This document shows, piece after piece, positions 51,708 to 64,000 of a stretch of 64,000 nt of DNA (positions are counted from its first letter, which is position 1; every line of letters starts with the position of its first letter). The notes beneath the pieces were generated by a model. That model saw only the letters and a list, made by a program, of their open reading frames with translations, did not search any database and was not told the origin of the DNA. Position numbers and translations under genes: made by a program. This stretch comes from Octopus vulgaris. Lineage: Eukaryota. The stretch lies in assembly GCA_951406725.2 (NCBI GenBank), contig OX597814.1:199702001-199766000 (forward strand), in the 5' to 3' direction.

Positions 51708-51925
51708 ATGTGTTTGTCCCCCCAACATCCCTTGACAACCGATGCTGGTGTGTTTACGTCCCCGTAACTTAGCGGTTCAGCAAAAGAGACTGATAGAATA
51801 AGTGCTAGGCTTACAAAGAATAAGTTCCTGGGTCGATTTGCTCAACTAATTATGGATTTTGTTCCACCATTTTGGCCACAGTCAAATGACTGAAACAAGT
51901 AAAAGAGAAAAAAGAGTAAAAGAGT
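51481..51925 (+). mobile_element. Family A SINE
   Basis: Full-length match to the other copies. Confidence 0.9.
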
Positions 51926-52950
51926 TTAAAGTTTTTTTGGAATCCATTTAAAAGAGTTCAACAATTGCTTTAGTTCCAGAGCTACTCTACAAAGAACCAG
52001 ATAAACTTGATCCTAATCACAGTGTAAAGTAGGACAGGAAATGTTTATTTCATTGCTTTCTCCCATCTTAAATAAATGTAGATTTTGTAAGAGAAAGACT
52101 TGTTCTTTTTTTAAAAAAAAAAAAGATAATTTCTTATTTTCTTTCACTTTCTGATTTTGATTATGTAAATAATAATTTTACGTTTCTTTCCATTTACTAA
52201 ATTGCACTGCACATTTCAGTTTTTTTGTTTTCTTAAGCTACCCTCACAACCAACATGTTTTGCTTATTCTTCTGTCAAAGTTCTCTTGCATTACCTACAT
52301 ATTATAGTGTTAACCAAAGTTCAATAGAGATTAAAAATGTCAGAAATCCTATTTTTATTCTACTCATCTTTATAATTTCTATTACATTTCTTGTTTTAGT
52401 TCTGGAGCTTTTCTACTAAGAGACTGATAAGCTTTTATAACTTAATCAGGAAAAAATGCAGTCAGAACAAGTCTAGTTTATTGGTTTCTCCATCTTAATC
52501 TAATACAGAAAATAGTCTAAGAGAAACTGTTTTATGTGAAAGCACATCATGGCCCAGTGGTTAGGCTGTTGCACTCATGTTTGCTAAGTCGTGGGTTTGA
52601 TTCCCATGCTGAGTGGTGCATTGTGTTCTTGGACAAAACATTTCCTTTCACATTGTTCCAGTCCACCTTTTGACCAATTGAGAGGAGGGCAATGTTGGCC
52701 TGTTTGCCTAACCAGTTGGATGGCACCATTTGAAGGCTAAAACAATGCAAAGTGCATGCATTGTAACCAATGATAATGACATCTGACATCCTGGTCAGTC
52801 AAGTCACATTATATATAAATATATATATATATATGATAGATCGGTAGCCACTGCACACATATTTTTTCTCTCCTTGTTTATTTCTGTGTTCCTTTCTGTG
52901 GAAGAGTGTAGGCTCGAAACGTTAAAGACTTTTTCAATTCCCAAGCGTTA

Positions 52951-53390
52951 TCTTTATATATAAAAGTCAAGTTGTGTGTCTGTCTCCTACGATTTAAATT
53001 CCTAACTACTCCCACATTTTGCGGTGCAGTTTAACCAAAACCGGGTATCTTATAGTCATGATTCATATCGAGCCCTTCTGGGTATTAGCGCGCGTCTACG
53101 ATGAGTCTACGATTTTAAAAAAATTTACCATTTTTTTCCATTTTAATGCATTTTTTCGTTATTATATAAGGGAAGTAACTCTCTAAAAATGTCTACGATG
53201 AGTCAACGATTTTTAAAAAATTTACTATAATTTTTTTTCCATTTTTAATGCATTTTTTGCTATTTTTTGGCTATAACTCTCTAAAAATGCTTATATAGTG
53301 CCCCAGCATGGCCCCAGCCGGATGGCTGAAACAAGTAAAAGAATAGTTATTTCCCTTACAAACCCGAGCAACGCCAGGAGATACTGCTAG
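52951..53390 (+). mobile_element. Complete non-autonomous Helitron
   Basis: A|TC start, CTAG|T end and subterminal CCCGAGCAACGCCAGG. Contains a ~45 bp SINE-tail insertion (about 53299-53346) flanked by ATAG. Confidence 0.85.
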
Positions 53391-53817
53391 TTATATATAA
53401 ATATATATATATATATATATGATAGATCGGTAGCCACTACACACATATTTTTTCTCTCCTTGTTTATTTCTGTGTTCCTTTCTGTAGAAGAGCGTAGGCT
53501 CGAAACGTTAAAGACTTTTTCAATTCCCAAGCGTTATACTAATACATCTGTTTTTTTTCTACACCACCTGTCTTTGCCTTTTGTTTTTGTCGTGAATTCT
53601 CCCTATATATTTATATATATATATATATATATATCCAAAATTAGGGAATGGAGTAGATAAAAATGCAAGCTGCATGTTTCATAGCTAGCAGAACCTTGGA
53701 AGTAGTAATTACCCAAACGAGGGTTCCACTACTAGCTACTCACCAGGCCAAAGATACCTTAGTCAAATGAGGGTGACACTGTCATCAAGGGATCCTATGT
53801 TAACTCATAGGAGATTT

Positions 53818-53854
<37 letters not shown>

Positions 53855-54217
53855 GACGTGCTTCTTTCAGTTTCCGTCTACCAAATCCACTCACAAGGCT
53901 TTGGTCAGCCAGAGGCTATAGTAGAAGACACTTGCCCAAGGTGCCACGCAGCTGGACTGAACCCAGAACCATGTGGTTGGTAAGCAAGCTACTTACCGCA
54001 CAGCCACTCCTGTGCCTATATATATATATATATATATATAGATACACACACACATATGATTTATGGAAGCTCCTTCACAGTGAACAGTTTAAACCCAGCA
54101 TAGCTGTAGTAAATGCCTATTTATGTAATATAGGAATTGAAAATTAACTGAAATTCATGTAGTGAGTAGATGTAAGTATGTGTGTATGTATGTATCTACT
54201 CACTATATATATATATA

Positions 54218-54456
54218 TAGGGTTGGCCAAAAGTCACCTAAAAGTAAATCAAAATTTAATCCCAAGATTAAAACAAAAAATTATTTTTATATGAGACTTC
54301 ACTAATAAACAGACAAATTTTGAAAAAAATAAAACGGTGATTTTAACTCACAACATTCAATTATTAAACGTTCATAATTGGAACAAATAAATAAAATTGA
54401 ATATTAAGTATTCATGGAAATTTGATTTACTGTCAGGTGACTTTTGGCCAACTCTG
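54218..54456. mobile_element. Tc1/mariner-type MITE with TA flanks
   Basis: TIRs AGGGTTGGCCAAAAGTCACCT..AAGTAAATCAAA / TTTGATTTAC.GTCAGGTGACTTTTGGCCAACTCT. Confidence 0.85.
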
Positions 54457-54811
54457 TATATAAAGCAAAATAACTGGAAAGCAGGACTTCATAGTGATTC
54501 TTCTTAGACAAGTGTATATCTAATATCATAGATAAGAGCCGTTGGATATTGGGTATCTGGTTCCATCTGGGCACTAATTATCTATTATATGCCTTTTCTG
54601 TATCTATTACATACCTTGTTTTTTTAAAGGTATTCTTACCCATTAAAACACAAAAGAATAATTATTCTACCCTAATTATGCAAATTATATTTATTGTGGG
54701 CTAGATTGATGATTCTCTAGGCAGAAAAGGCTGGGGATGATAATTTTTCATGTGGACATTCTGAGATAAGGATTCTTCAGATGATTCTAGTCTTACACAC
54801 ATCTAAACTGT

Positions 54812-55219
54812 TACTCTTTACTCTCTCTTTTACTCTTTTACTTGTTTCAGTCATTTGACTGCGGCCATGCTGGAGCACCGCCTTTAGTCGATCAAATCAA
54901 CCCCGGGACTTATTCTTTGTAAGCCCAGTACTTATTCTATCGGTCTCTTTTGCCGAACCGCTAAGTGACGGGGACGTAAACACACCAGCATCGGTTGTCA
55001 AGCAATGCTAGGGGGACAAACACAGACACACAAACCCACATATATACATATATACGACAGGCTTCTTTCAGTTTCCGTCTACCAAATCCACTCACAAGGC
55101 ATTGGTCGGCCCGAGGCTATTGCAGAAGACACTTGCCCAAGATGCCACGCAGTGGGACTGAACCCGGAACCATGTGGTTGGTTAGCAAGCTACTTACCAC
55201 ACAGCCAATCCTGTGCCTA
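54812..55219 (-). mobile_element. Family A SINE, young subfamily
   Basis: Near-identical inverted partner at 55774-56186. Confidence 0.9.
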
Positions 55220-55314
55220 TTCTGTTAAGACGGTCATTGCTGAAATGCATTTGAATTGCATCTCTGTTTGATCAGATTTATTCTAGGCCTAAAAAGCAAC
55301 AACAATTTCACAGT

Positions 55315-56201
55315 TTAACCCTTTCATTACCAACCCAGTTGAAACTGGCTTTGGCTCTGAGTACAAATGTTTTGTTTTCATAAGTTTTGAATTAAAATCT
55401 TCCACCAAACCTTGGTCACAATTTATGATCCTAACACTAGCTTAAAGATAACTAAGTTATTTTACTAAATTCTTTGTTATATTTAAAATTAATTGAAAGA
55501 AATACAGAGCATCTCAACAGAAATATGGTAGCAAAAAGGTTAACAAATGATTAATTTAACCCTTTCGATGCCAAACCGGCTGAAACCTCCTCTGGCTCTG
55601 AGTACAAATGTCTTGTTTTCATAAGTTTTGAATTAAAATCTTCCACCAAACCTTAGTCACAATTTATGTTCCTAACACTAGCTTAAAGATAACTAAGTTA
55701 TTTTACTAAATTCTTTGTTATATTTAAAGTAATTGAAAGAAACACAGAGCATCCCAAAATAAATACAGTAACAGGCACAGGAGTGGCTGTGTGGTAAGTA
55801 GCTTGCTAACCAACCACATGGTTCCGGGTTCAGTCCCACTGCATGGCATCTTGGGCAAGTGTCTTCTGCTACAGCCCCGGGCTGACCAATGCCTTGTGAG
55901 TGGATTTGGTAGACGGAAACTGAAAGAAGCCTGTCGTATATATGTATATGTATGTGTGTGTGTGTGTGTGTGTGTTTGTGTGTCTGTATTTGTCCCCCTA
56001 GCATTGCTTGACAAACGATGCTGGTGTGTTTACGTCCCCGTCACTTAGCGGTTCGGCAAAAGAGACCGATAGAATAAGTACTGGGCTTACAAAGAATAAG
56101 TCCCGGGGTCGATTTGCTCGACTAAAGGCGGTGCTCCAGCATGGCCGCAGTCAAATGACTGAAACAAGTAAAAGAGTAAAAGAGAGTAACAAAATGGTTA
56201 A
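55315..56201 (+). mobile_element. Two tandem TTAA MITEs (family 1), the second with a nested family A SINE
   Basis: Copies at 55315-55543 and 55556-56201. The SINE is flanked by TSD AGTAACA (55767-55773, 56185-56191). Confidence 0.85.
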
Positions 56202-56509
56202 ATGTCAAGCGCAGGCAGAGACTATACACTCACTCCTGGGACACGCATCACACTCCTAACAACATAGGAAATAACCGTAGGCTATCAGACTGCGCTATTG
56301 TTTTGACTACAGTTTTTGTAGAACCAGACTAAAATGAAGACATGATATAAAATAATCAAGGAGTTCTTCTTTTATCTTCAATTATTCTAATCAATTAATG
56401 ACTGATTATTCATAAACTTGTCGTTAAATAGAAAGTTAAGCGGTTTAATATGCTTATCTTTCCTTTTATGTTGGAATATTTAGAGAAACAGATTTACAGT
56501 TTTTATTTA

Positions 56510-57120
56510 AGATGCTGTAGTAGCACATACATATATTGGTCCTGAAGAATAGAAAACTGTCAAAGTTTTCACCCTGGAAGTGAGGAATGCAAACCAGTCA
56601 TTCATCAAAACTATAGTAGTGGACCTGCATTTCAAAGAAAAGTATCATGAAGATACTGTATTCCATGAATCTTTTGCATGTTGTCCAACTTCACTAAGTA
56701 AGTTTATCATCTTGATATATAAATCTTCAAGAACTTGGTAAATATAATCCTAAGGAACATGTTATTTATAATGATTTCCTCATATATAAATATGTGTGTT
56801 ACTTGGCTACAAAAACACTAGAAACATTTCTGTGGAATAAATCACTATATTATAAATATGAATATAACAGGGTGACTCATCTTGATATTTTATTGATAGT
56901 AATTTAAAGATTCTCTTGATATCACTGCATTTATATACTTTTTTTTGTAACCTAGTTTGGCTAAAGTACAAGCATTGGTGAAATGTCAGCCAATATACAG
57001 GTTCAAATATTTGATTGATTAACACCATGGACAAATGATATGGTTTATCAAAAAGGAGAAACAAGGTCAAAGTTTGCTTTATCAAGTAAGATGTTTCCAT
57101 GGTAGAATTATTATTACTTG
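56510..57120 (+). pseudogene. Putative cadherin-repeat remnant
   Basis: VKVFTLEVRNANQ..F....LHFKEKYHEDTVF; NKSLYYKYE; LVKCQPIYRF. Confidence 0.4.
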
Positions 57121-57533
57121 TGGCCAATAGCCAACTGAGGAGATGAGTAAAGACTAGTGTTTTAAGGTTTTTTTTTATATTTTATTAAAAAATTTTTTTT
57201 TTTTGGTCTAAATTTGGTTGAGTTCGCTGGTCAAGTAAGAATGAGATGAATGAAATTCTGACTTGCATAACAGCATTCTTTTACTATTGATATATGTTTA
57301 GTGTAACTTACACAGCTTTAGTGAAACCTATATATAGATATTGCTTGTTTACAATTTCAACTCCAGCTGTCATCTTTGAATTAAGTTTTCCCAAAACATC
57401 CTGTATTTGAGTACTGAAACTCAGCATCAAAGTAGACATGACATACTTCAATTATCAAAGAACACATACGCACACTATATTATGGTATGCTTTATACAGT
57501 TGTTGTTTTTTCTCTCTGATAAATGATCCTGTT

Positions 57534-58218
57534 TTAACCCTTTAGCATTTAAATTGGCGATATCTGACCCAAATATTCAACTTGTTTTATGTTCAAATTG
57601 GCCAGATTCAGCCTCTCACACATACCCTACAATGTTATTCTAAATATAAATAATCACATCATCATCATTTAACGTTTGGTTTTCATGCTGGCATAGGTTA
57701 GATGGTTTGACATGAGCTGGCCAGCCAAGGAGCTGTCCACCTCATCAAAATCCTGAAGGTATGAGATGATGCATGACTGATTATAAACAATATGAATAAA
57801 TAAGCACTGGTCTGCCTGACTGACTCACACCCTCCAAACAAGGCCGATGCCAGTACCCCCTGACTGGCTCTCACACTGGTGGCATGTAAAAAGTACCAAC
57901 TGAACGTGGCTGATGCTAGTACCCCTGACTAGCCCCCATACTGGTGGCATGTAAAAAGCACTATCCAAACGTAATCAATGCCAGGCTTGCCTGACTGGCT
58001 CCCGTGCCAGTGGCACATAAAAAGCACACACTACACTCTAAAAGTGGTTGGTGTTAGGAAGGGTATCCAGCTGTAGAAACATTGCCAGATCAGATTGGAG
58101 CAGCCGCTGGTTCACCAGACCTTAGTCAAACTGTCAAACCCATGCCAGCATGGAAAACGGATGTTAAATGATGATGATGATAGATTTTGAGATAGTAATC
58201 TAAATACTAAAGAGTTAA
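57534..58218 (+). mobile_element. TTAA MITE family 2 with nested family C copies
   Basis: TTAACCCTTTAGCATTT...AAATACTAAAGAGTTAA termini; family C copy at about 57805-58180. Confidence 0.75.
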
Positions 58219-58399
58219 ATATTAGTAAAGATTATTTGCCAATTATTTGCCAACGTGTCTGCTGCAATTCAGCCCCAGGGGCTAAATAGCAGTAGCATTA
58301 GTCCTAACCAGGATTGCCATGTTATGTTGGCAAAATAATCTTTATTCAAGAGTACTGTTACTGGATGTCTCTCATTGAGAGATTTACAAATAGTAAATT

Positions 58400-58720
58400 T
58401 CTATTTTAGTTAAATATTAGTTTCAAATATACAGAACATTGGAATAATCTTGATGCAACTAAGATGCGCAATCACTACATTCAACCACATAATATATTTT
58501 ATTCAATGGAAGTATATAATTAATGGACAAAATCATATTCATACATGTATTTCAACAAGTGACAAATCTTCTGGTTATATTGTCTATTATTATTAGTATG
58601 CTAGCTTTAGCTTCTCTAATTCGCCTGACCTTTAGCACATTATATTAATTCCTTTGAAGCAACATACTTATCTTGCCATTTGTCTCAAGTTTTAACTCCT
58701 TTGGTTCACATGAAAATATT
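58400..58720 (+). pseudogene. Putative cadherin-repeat remnant
   Basis: LDATK....PHNIFYSM and MYF/DKSSGYIV match A.D....I.YS and YF.ID..SG.I. Confidence 0.45.
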
Positions 58721-60303
58721 TTTACAGACTTTGCTTCATCACAACACAGAATTACTATGAAACATTCTCTATGCTCACGTCTAGCTAACACCTGCTGTTT
58801 TAATTAAATATTTATTGCATTAATTTACTCGACCATCTTATGTGGTTATGGTTACTTCTCAACTCTTATCATCTTCTCTTCTTCCTCCTCCTTATCATCA
58901 TTCATTCGCATCATCATCACCATCATCATCATAAGCACTAACCATATTTGATTGTTTTTTATCATTATAATAATGTGAAATTTTTCAATTGATTTTTGGA
59001 TTTTTTTTTTTTACATGGGAAATTTGACTTATTTGATTATATTGATGCTAATAATAAATATTACAAGAAAATATCTATTTTCATCTATTTTATTCTTACA
59101 ATTTAGTGATTCTAAGCATTTGTAAGCCGAGCCATTTGATATGCTGTAGTTTTACCTACCATCTTTTTGACTGATGGCCAGTACAGTTGTGCATAAAGAA
59201 ACTGACCAATCAACATTCTCTTTTTATGTATATAATCTCTGTCTTGATTCCATCTAAGTAGATAAGAACATTCGTTCCAGATCACACAGAAAAAAGCTTC
59301 CATTTATCCTATTGCATTTAATGCTGACAGAATCATTCCCATTGTACAAACTACAATAAAACCTCAGAAATTTAGATTCTGATACTCTGAAATCCTTTTA
59401 AAGTGAGTGTTTGAATAATTGATCATTTACTAATGAGTAATTGTGCTCTAATAAAGATTTGCAGAGGTCTGTGAAGTGGAATAATTAAAGGGAGAAGAGC
59501 TAATAGTTAATAAATAGCCTTTGTGAATATAAAGAGAAAGAATTTAGTGCTATGATTTTCTCATTACCTTGTTATATTCTATTGTTTTTTTTTTTATCTT
59601 TAATTAATATTTTACTTCTTATTAAATTCATTTGTTAGTTAACAGAAAATACAATATTATGATTTTATTATTTTTTTCATCCTTTCTTAAAATCTAAATG
59701 GAAATGTGAAATTTTGCTTCTATTCATCTGATTTCTTTTCTTCTGTTGTAATTGCAAAACTAAAAAACACAAAGCAATAATACAATTTAAACAAAAACAA
59801 AAAAAAAAAATCATCGCAAAAATGCATTATTAGAATATAAAAAGTGAGGAGAAACAGATGCAAAGGCAGAATTTAAATAATGAAATTATATAACAACATA
59901 AATAAATCAGTTCTCTTTTAGAGATATTTTAACCAAAAATAGGACAAACATGAAAACCTATATAAAGCACAAATGTCTCAAAATCAGTAAATTAGCAACA
60001 GGATACTCTATTCAAAATGCTTTTTAAAAATAATTTATGATATAAAAATTGTTTACATACAAAGTAACCAGTAATTAGAAAAATCAGATTTAACAGTGTA
60101 AGAAATTTATAACAATCGTTAAAAACACAATATTTAGCTTCTTTTTTGATTAAAATGAATGAAGACAAAAGAAAATATTCACAGACAAGAAATTATGCAA
60201 AGACATTTTAAAAATATTTCTCTCATAATTACTTGGTTTTTCTTTATTAATCATATTTAACCATTAAAATTTATTTAAACTATTGATGTTTTAGTGCATG
60301 ATT

Positions 60304-60420
60304 TATATATATATATATATATATACATAATCATCATCATCTCTCTCTCTCTCTCACTATATATATATATATATATATGTATATGTATGTATATGTATAT
60401 GTGTATATGTATATATGTGT

Positions 60421-60452
<32 letters not shown>

Positions 60453-60465
60453 GTATATGTATATG

Positions 60466-60514
<49 letters not shown>

Positions 60515-60515
60515 A
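60304..60515 (+). repeat. (TA)n/(TATATG)n microsatellite
   Basis: Directly visible; followed by a family B SINE at about 60519-60750. Confidence 0.9.
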
Positions 60516-61012
60516 AACAAGGCAGCGAGCTGGCAGAAACGTTAGCACGACGGGTGAAATGCTTAGCGGTATTTCGTCTGTTGTTACGTTCTGAGTTCAA
60601 ATTCCGCCAAGGGCGACTTTGCCTTTCACCCTTCCAGTGTCAATAAATAAAGTACCAGTTTCGCACTGGAGTTGATGTAATCGACTTAATCCCTTTGTCT
60701 GTCCTTGTTTCTCCCCTCTATGTTTAACCCCTTGTGGGCAGTAAAGAAATATATATATATAGACAAACATATAATATTTTGTATTTGATGTACTTAATAT
60801 ATTTAATACATTTGATGTCTAATTAGCTTATCTCAATAACAGCCTCCATACCCGCTCAACCTGGTCCCTATTATAGCCCTTCTTTACCTTGTGGAATGAT
60901 CCCTGTAAAGACATCGGAGTCTTGGTTTGAATCTTTTGAGCACTACTAAGTTTCTTCCATTCAGAAAATATCTGGATCTCATTTGTGGACTCTATATACA
61001 TATATATAGATA

Positions 61013-61043
<31 letters not shown>

Positions 61044-61045
61044 GC

Positions 61046-61091
<46 letters not shown>

Positions 61092-62199
61092 AAAATATAA
61101 TTGTCACCACTGCTACATGAACCTGAAGATTGCATAGTTTAATGAAAGTAATAGTTCAATCAGAATGGACGTTTAATATTCTATCATTCCATTATATTAT
61201 TATAAGATTGTAAATAAAATATAAAAATCAAAGTTAGAATTTCTTTGAGTAATATGTTCTTCTATACACAATCATGCACACTTGTGAATATATATAGGTA
61301 GATATGGATAGATAGATAGATAGGTAGGTAGGTAGATAGATATTACTGTTCTCATGTAGAAAAGTGAAAATGAGTAAATTGAATGTTATTCATTTAAATA
61401 GAAAGCTATGAATTCATCCTCTTCTAATGAACTGTTTTATGCTCTGTCATCCCTTCAAATACACACTGTACATTTTCCTATTTATGTGCCTGGAAGAAAA
61501 AATAAGGAAAACAGAGAATAATTGGTTGAAAATTACAAGGAGGTTCTTGCCAGGTAGTTTCAGGACTGAATTTTCTCAATTAGGCTATGAACATAATTAG
61601 CTTAAAAAAATCTAAAACACAGACTTAGAAAAAGAAACCTGTAAAGGAAAATTTGCTGGAAATAAATATTTTTGAAAAAGTATAGGAAACACCCACCTCG
61701 GAATCTAAAGAAACAAGCTGATAATTTATTAAAAATAAGTGTATACAAAAAATAAAAAGAAAGAGAAGAAAGAAAAGAAGAAGAGGTGCCAGACTAGTGA
61801 ATGAATTCAGTGAATGAAAAGCTCACCATAGCCATTGTGTTGTGCACCTGGGTAAAGTAACATAACATTGCTTGACACAATCTTTTTAGCTGATGACAAG
61901 TTCTACTCCTACTTATTAAGGTTTGTTTGAAAGCAGGAAGTACATCCAGCTGTGAAAACACTTTCTCCAACTATACACTATATACAAACGTCTGTATTTG
62001 CAGAAGAAAAAATACATTTTATGTTACTTTTATCACAATATCCTGGAAAATGCACTGGAAAAGAATACAAATACAAAAACAAAAACGTATGAAAAATAAT
62101 AATGTGATAACTAACGCTAGTAGAAAGCTACATCATGCATAATACTTGTTTAAAACGGTTGTTAAAATTCATAACAGCATCAGAATAAATGCTTTTTAT

Positions 62200-62694
62200 T
62201 AGTTCTTTACAGCTTTTCACGGCTGATAGTCAAAGACTGTGAATGCCAATTTGTCTGCAAAAATGTCAAATTTAATATTCTTTCAATATTCATCAAGTAT
62301 TTCTTTCAAGTGCTGTTTCTGTTCTCAACCGAATTGATTCCAGTTTTTTGCATTGCTTCTTAAAAACACGTAAGTGGCCTCTTGTTGTTGGTTACAGAAT
62401 ACCAAAATATTACTTTGTTAGATTTGAATTTGCTTGTCTCCCCCGCCTCCTCCACTCAAACTAATTATCTGCCTTCACTTAAGGCTTAAACAATGTTTTT
62501 TTTTCTGTAATTGCAATCAGTTTCTTAACTTTACTCCACATATTTTCTGCAATGATTCCAACCTTAAAATGAAGTCCCTGTGTGATGTTGGTATATTCAT
62601 CCACAGAAACTCGAACATTCCTTTATTCTCAGCATATTTAAGGTTCAGTCTAAGACATTGCTTCTTAATTCTTCCTAAAATATGTATCTATTAG
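62200..62694 (+). pseudogene. Putative cadherin-repeat remnant
   Basis: VFCIAS*KHVSGLL ... FTPHIFCNDSNLKMKSLCDVGIFIHRNSNIPLFS matches I.C.D....S...V.I.I..N.N.P.F. Confidence 0.55.
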
Positions 62695-62800
62695 TATATG
62701 TATTTGATTAATATTGTGGACATATGCATGTATGTGAATATGTATTTAAATCTATATACACTTATTCATTTTGAGTATGTGTTTATCTCTTTGTACATAA

Positions 62801-62857
<57 letters not shown>

Positions 62858-63289
62858 AATGGAACAAAAACACAATAAAGGACAATAAAACATTCGGACA
62901 GAAAAATGATACAAAGGTGGACAGGAGAAATAAAAAGTACAAGGACAGGTAAATAAGATGGGTCATCTGTGGCCTTCTTTCATCAGTCAAGTTTACCAGA
63001 AGTCCTTACTGTTTTGGGCAGTTACACTTGAGACAGTTAGATCTGGTTGCCCCTAAAAAAGTCTAAGCTAAGAGCATTAAGCATATGTGGAAAATGAGGG
63101 AGTATTGATTTTTGTGTGTGTGTGTGTGTGTGGTTTGTGGGAGGAGGTGCTTGAGTGGTGCAGGCCAGGTCAACCATCAGAGAACTCACAGGAATTGACC
63201 CATGGTAAATTGTGATATGGCTATTGTTCACAACCAAACATGTGGAAAGGTGTGCCTCTCAGTTGGAGGATTGAAATGGTATCTCAAGG

Positions 63290-63428
63290 GTTGATACTGT
63301 GGCACCTGTTCCATCTGCCAGCCAGCACAGCTGTGCCTTATGTAATGGAATATGCAAAACTGGGATCAAGAGTCATACAAGGGCTTCACATTACATCAAC
63401 AATCATTCATTTCAGTGTTTCTTTCTAG
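63290..63428 (+). pseudogene. Putative cadherin-repeat remnant
   Basis: FHLP....PYVMEYAKLGSRVIQ matches V.E.A..GS.VI. Confidence 0.45.
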
Positions 63429-63547
63429 TAATGGCTTTGCTCATATATGGGAAAGCAGCTAAGATATATATATATAATGTTAAATAAAGTGAGACATCAA
63501 AGCCAAGGCCGTGTGGAATTTTCAGGACATTTATAAAGAGAAAGTTA

Positions 63548-63595
63548 GTCTTACAGCTGTTTCTAAGATATTAAGGATATCCCTTCATCAGAGAC
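63548..63595 (-). ncRNA. Minimal type I hammerhead ribozyme motif (Penelope-like terminal repeat)
   Basis: Minus strand GTCT-CTGATGA-A-GGGATAT-CCTTA-ATATCTT-A-GAAA-CAGCTG-TA-AGAC. Conserved core, stem I GTCT/AGAC, stem II and palindromic stem III are all present. Confidence 0.7.
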
Positions 63596-64000
63596 GATGT
63601 GAGATGGTTAAATAGAGGGAAACATTAGAGTTCAATATGAGGAGTTATTTTGGAAAAGGAAGCAAATAAGGAGTATAGAGGGAAATAGGAGAATGAATGT
63701 AGAAATAGAAATAAAAATGCATAAAGATGTTATAGTTGGAATTCTATTATCCAAGGAAAGTGGTGTATAGAAATAGTAGAAATGCTTCTTGTCCATAGTA
63801 TGTAAATTCCAATAGGAGTTCATATTTTGTCATCAGAAATGGAAAGTGTAGAGATGTAGATTCCATGTGCTGTTCATTCAAGCACTCATTACACTCTTGG
63901 AGTGCTTGGCATTAGAAAGGGCATCCCACCATATACACAACCATGCCAAATCAGACTGGATCCTGATGAAGCCTTCCAGCATGCCAGCCCAGTCAAACCG

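Noticed and set aside
56640-57130. Spaetzle/cystine-knot reading (ACCPT, KCQPIY)
   Set aside because: The cysteine pattern is incomplete and the flanking motifs fit the cadherin fossil better.
59112-59400. Minus-strand ORF MEAFFCVIWNEC...
   Set aside because: No recognisable domain and in-frame stops just upstream. The + strand has only weak cadherin-like pieces, so no call was made.

Overview
This is AT-rich, repeat-saturated eukaryotic DNA. The SINE families and microsatellite style look cephalopod (Octopus-like), which I recognised from memory rather than by search. No intact protein-coding gene, rRNA, true tRNA or CRISPR array is supported; nearly all listed ORFs are artefacts of SINEs or microsatellites. 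Much of the window is mobile DNA: at least four SINE-like families, CR1/Jockey-type LINE 3' fragments, three mariner/Tc1 remnants, TTAA and TA MITEs, non-autonomous Helitrons and Penelope-like ends with hammerhead-ribozyme motifs. The main hidden signal lies in the unique DNA between these repeats. From about 2 kb to 63.5 kb it repeatedly translates, on the + strand, into stop- and frameshift-riddled fragments of cadherin (EC) repeats. This suggests the window is the fossil of a very large multi-cadherin gene or gene array shredded by transposons. Each motif match is weak alone and needs an HMM test. Coordinates were read by eye and are approximate.
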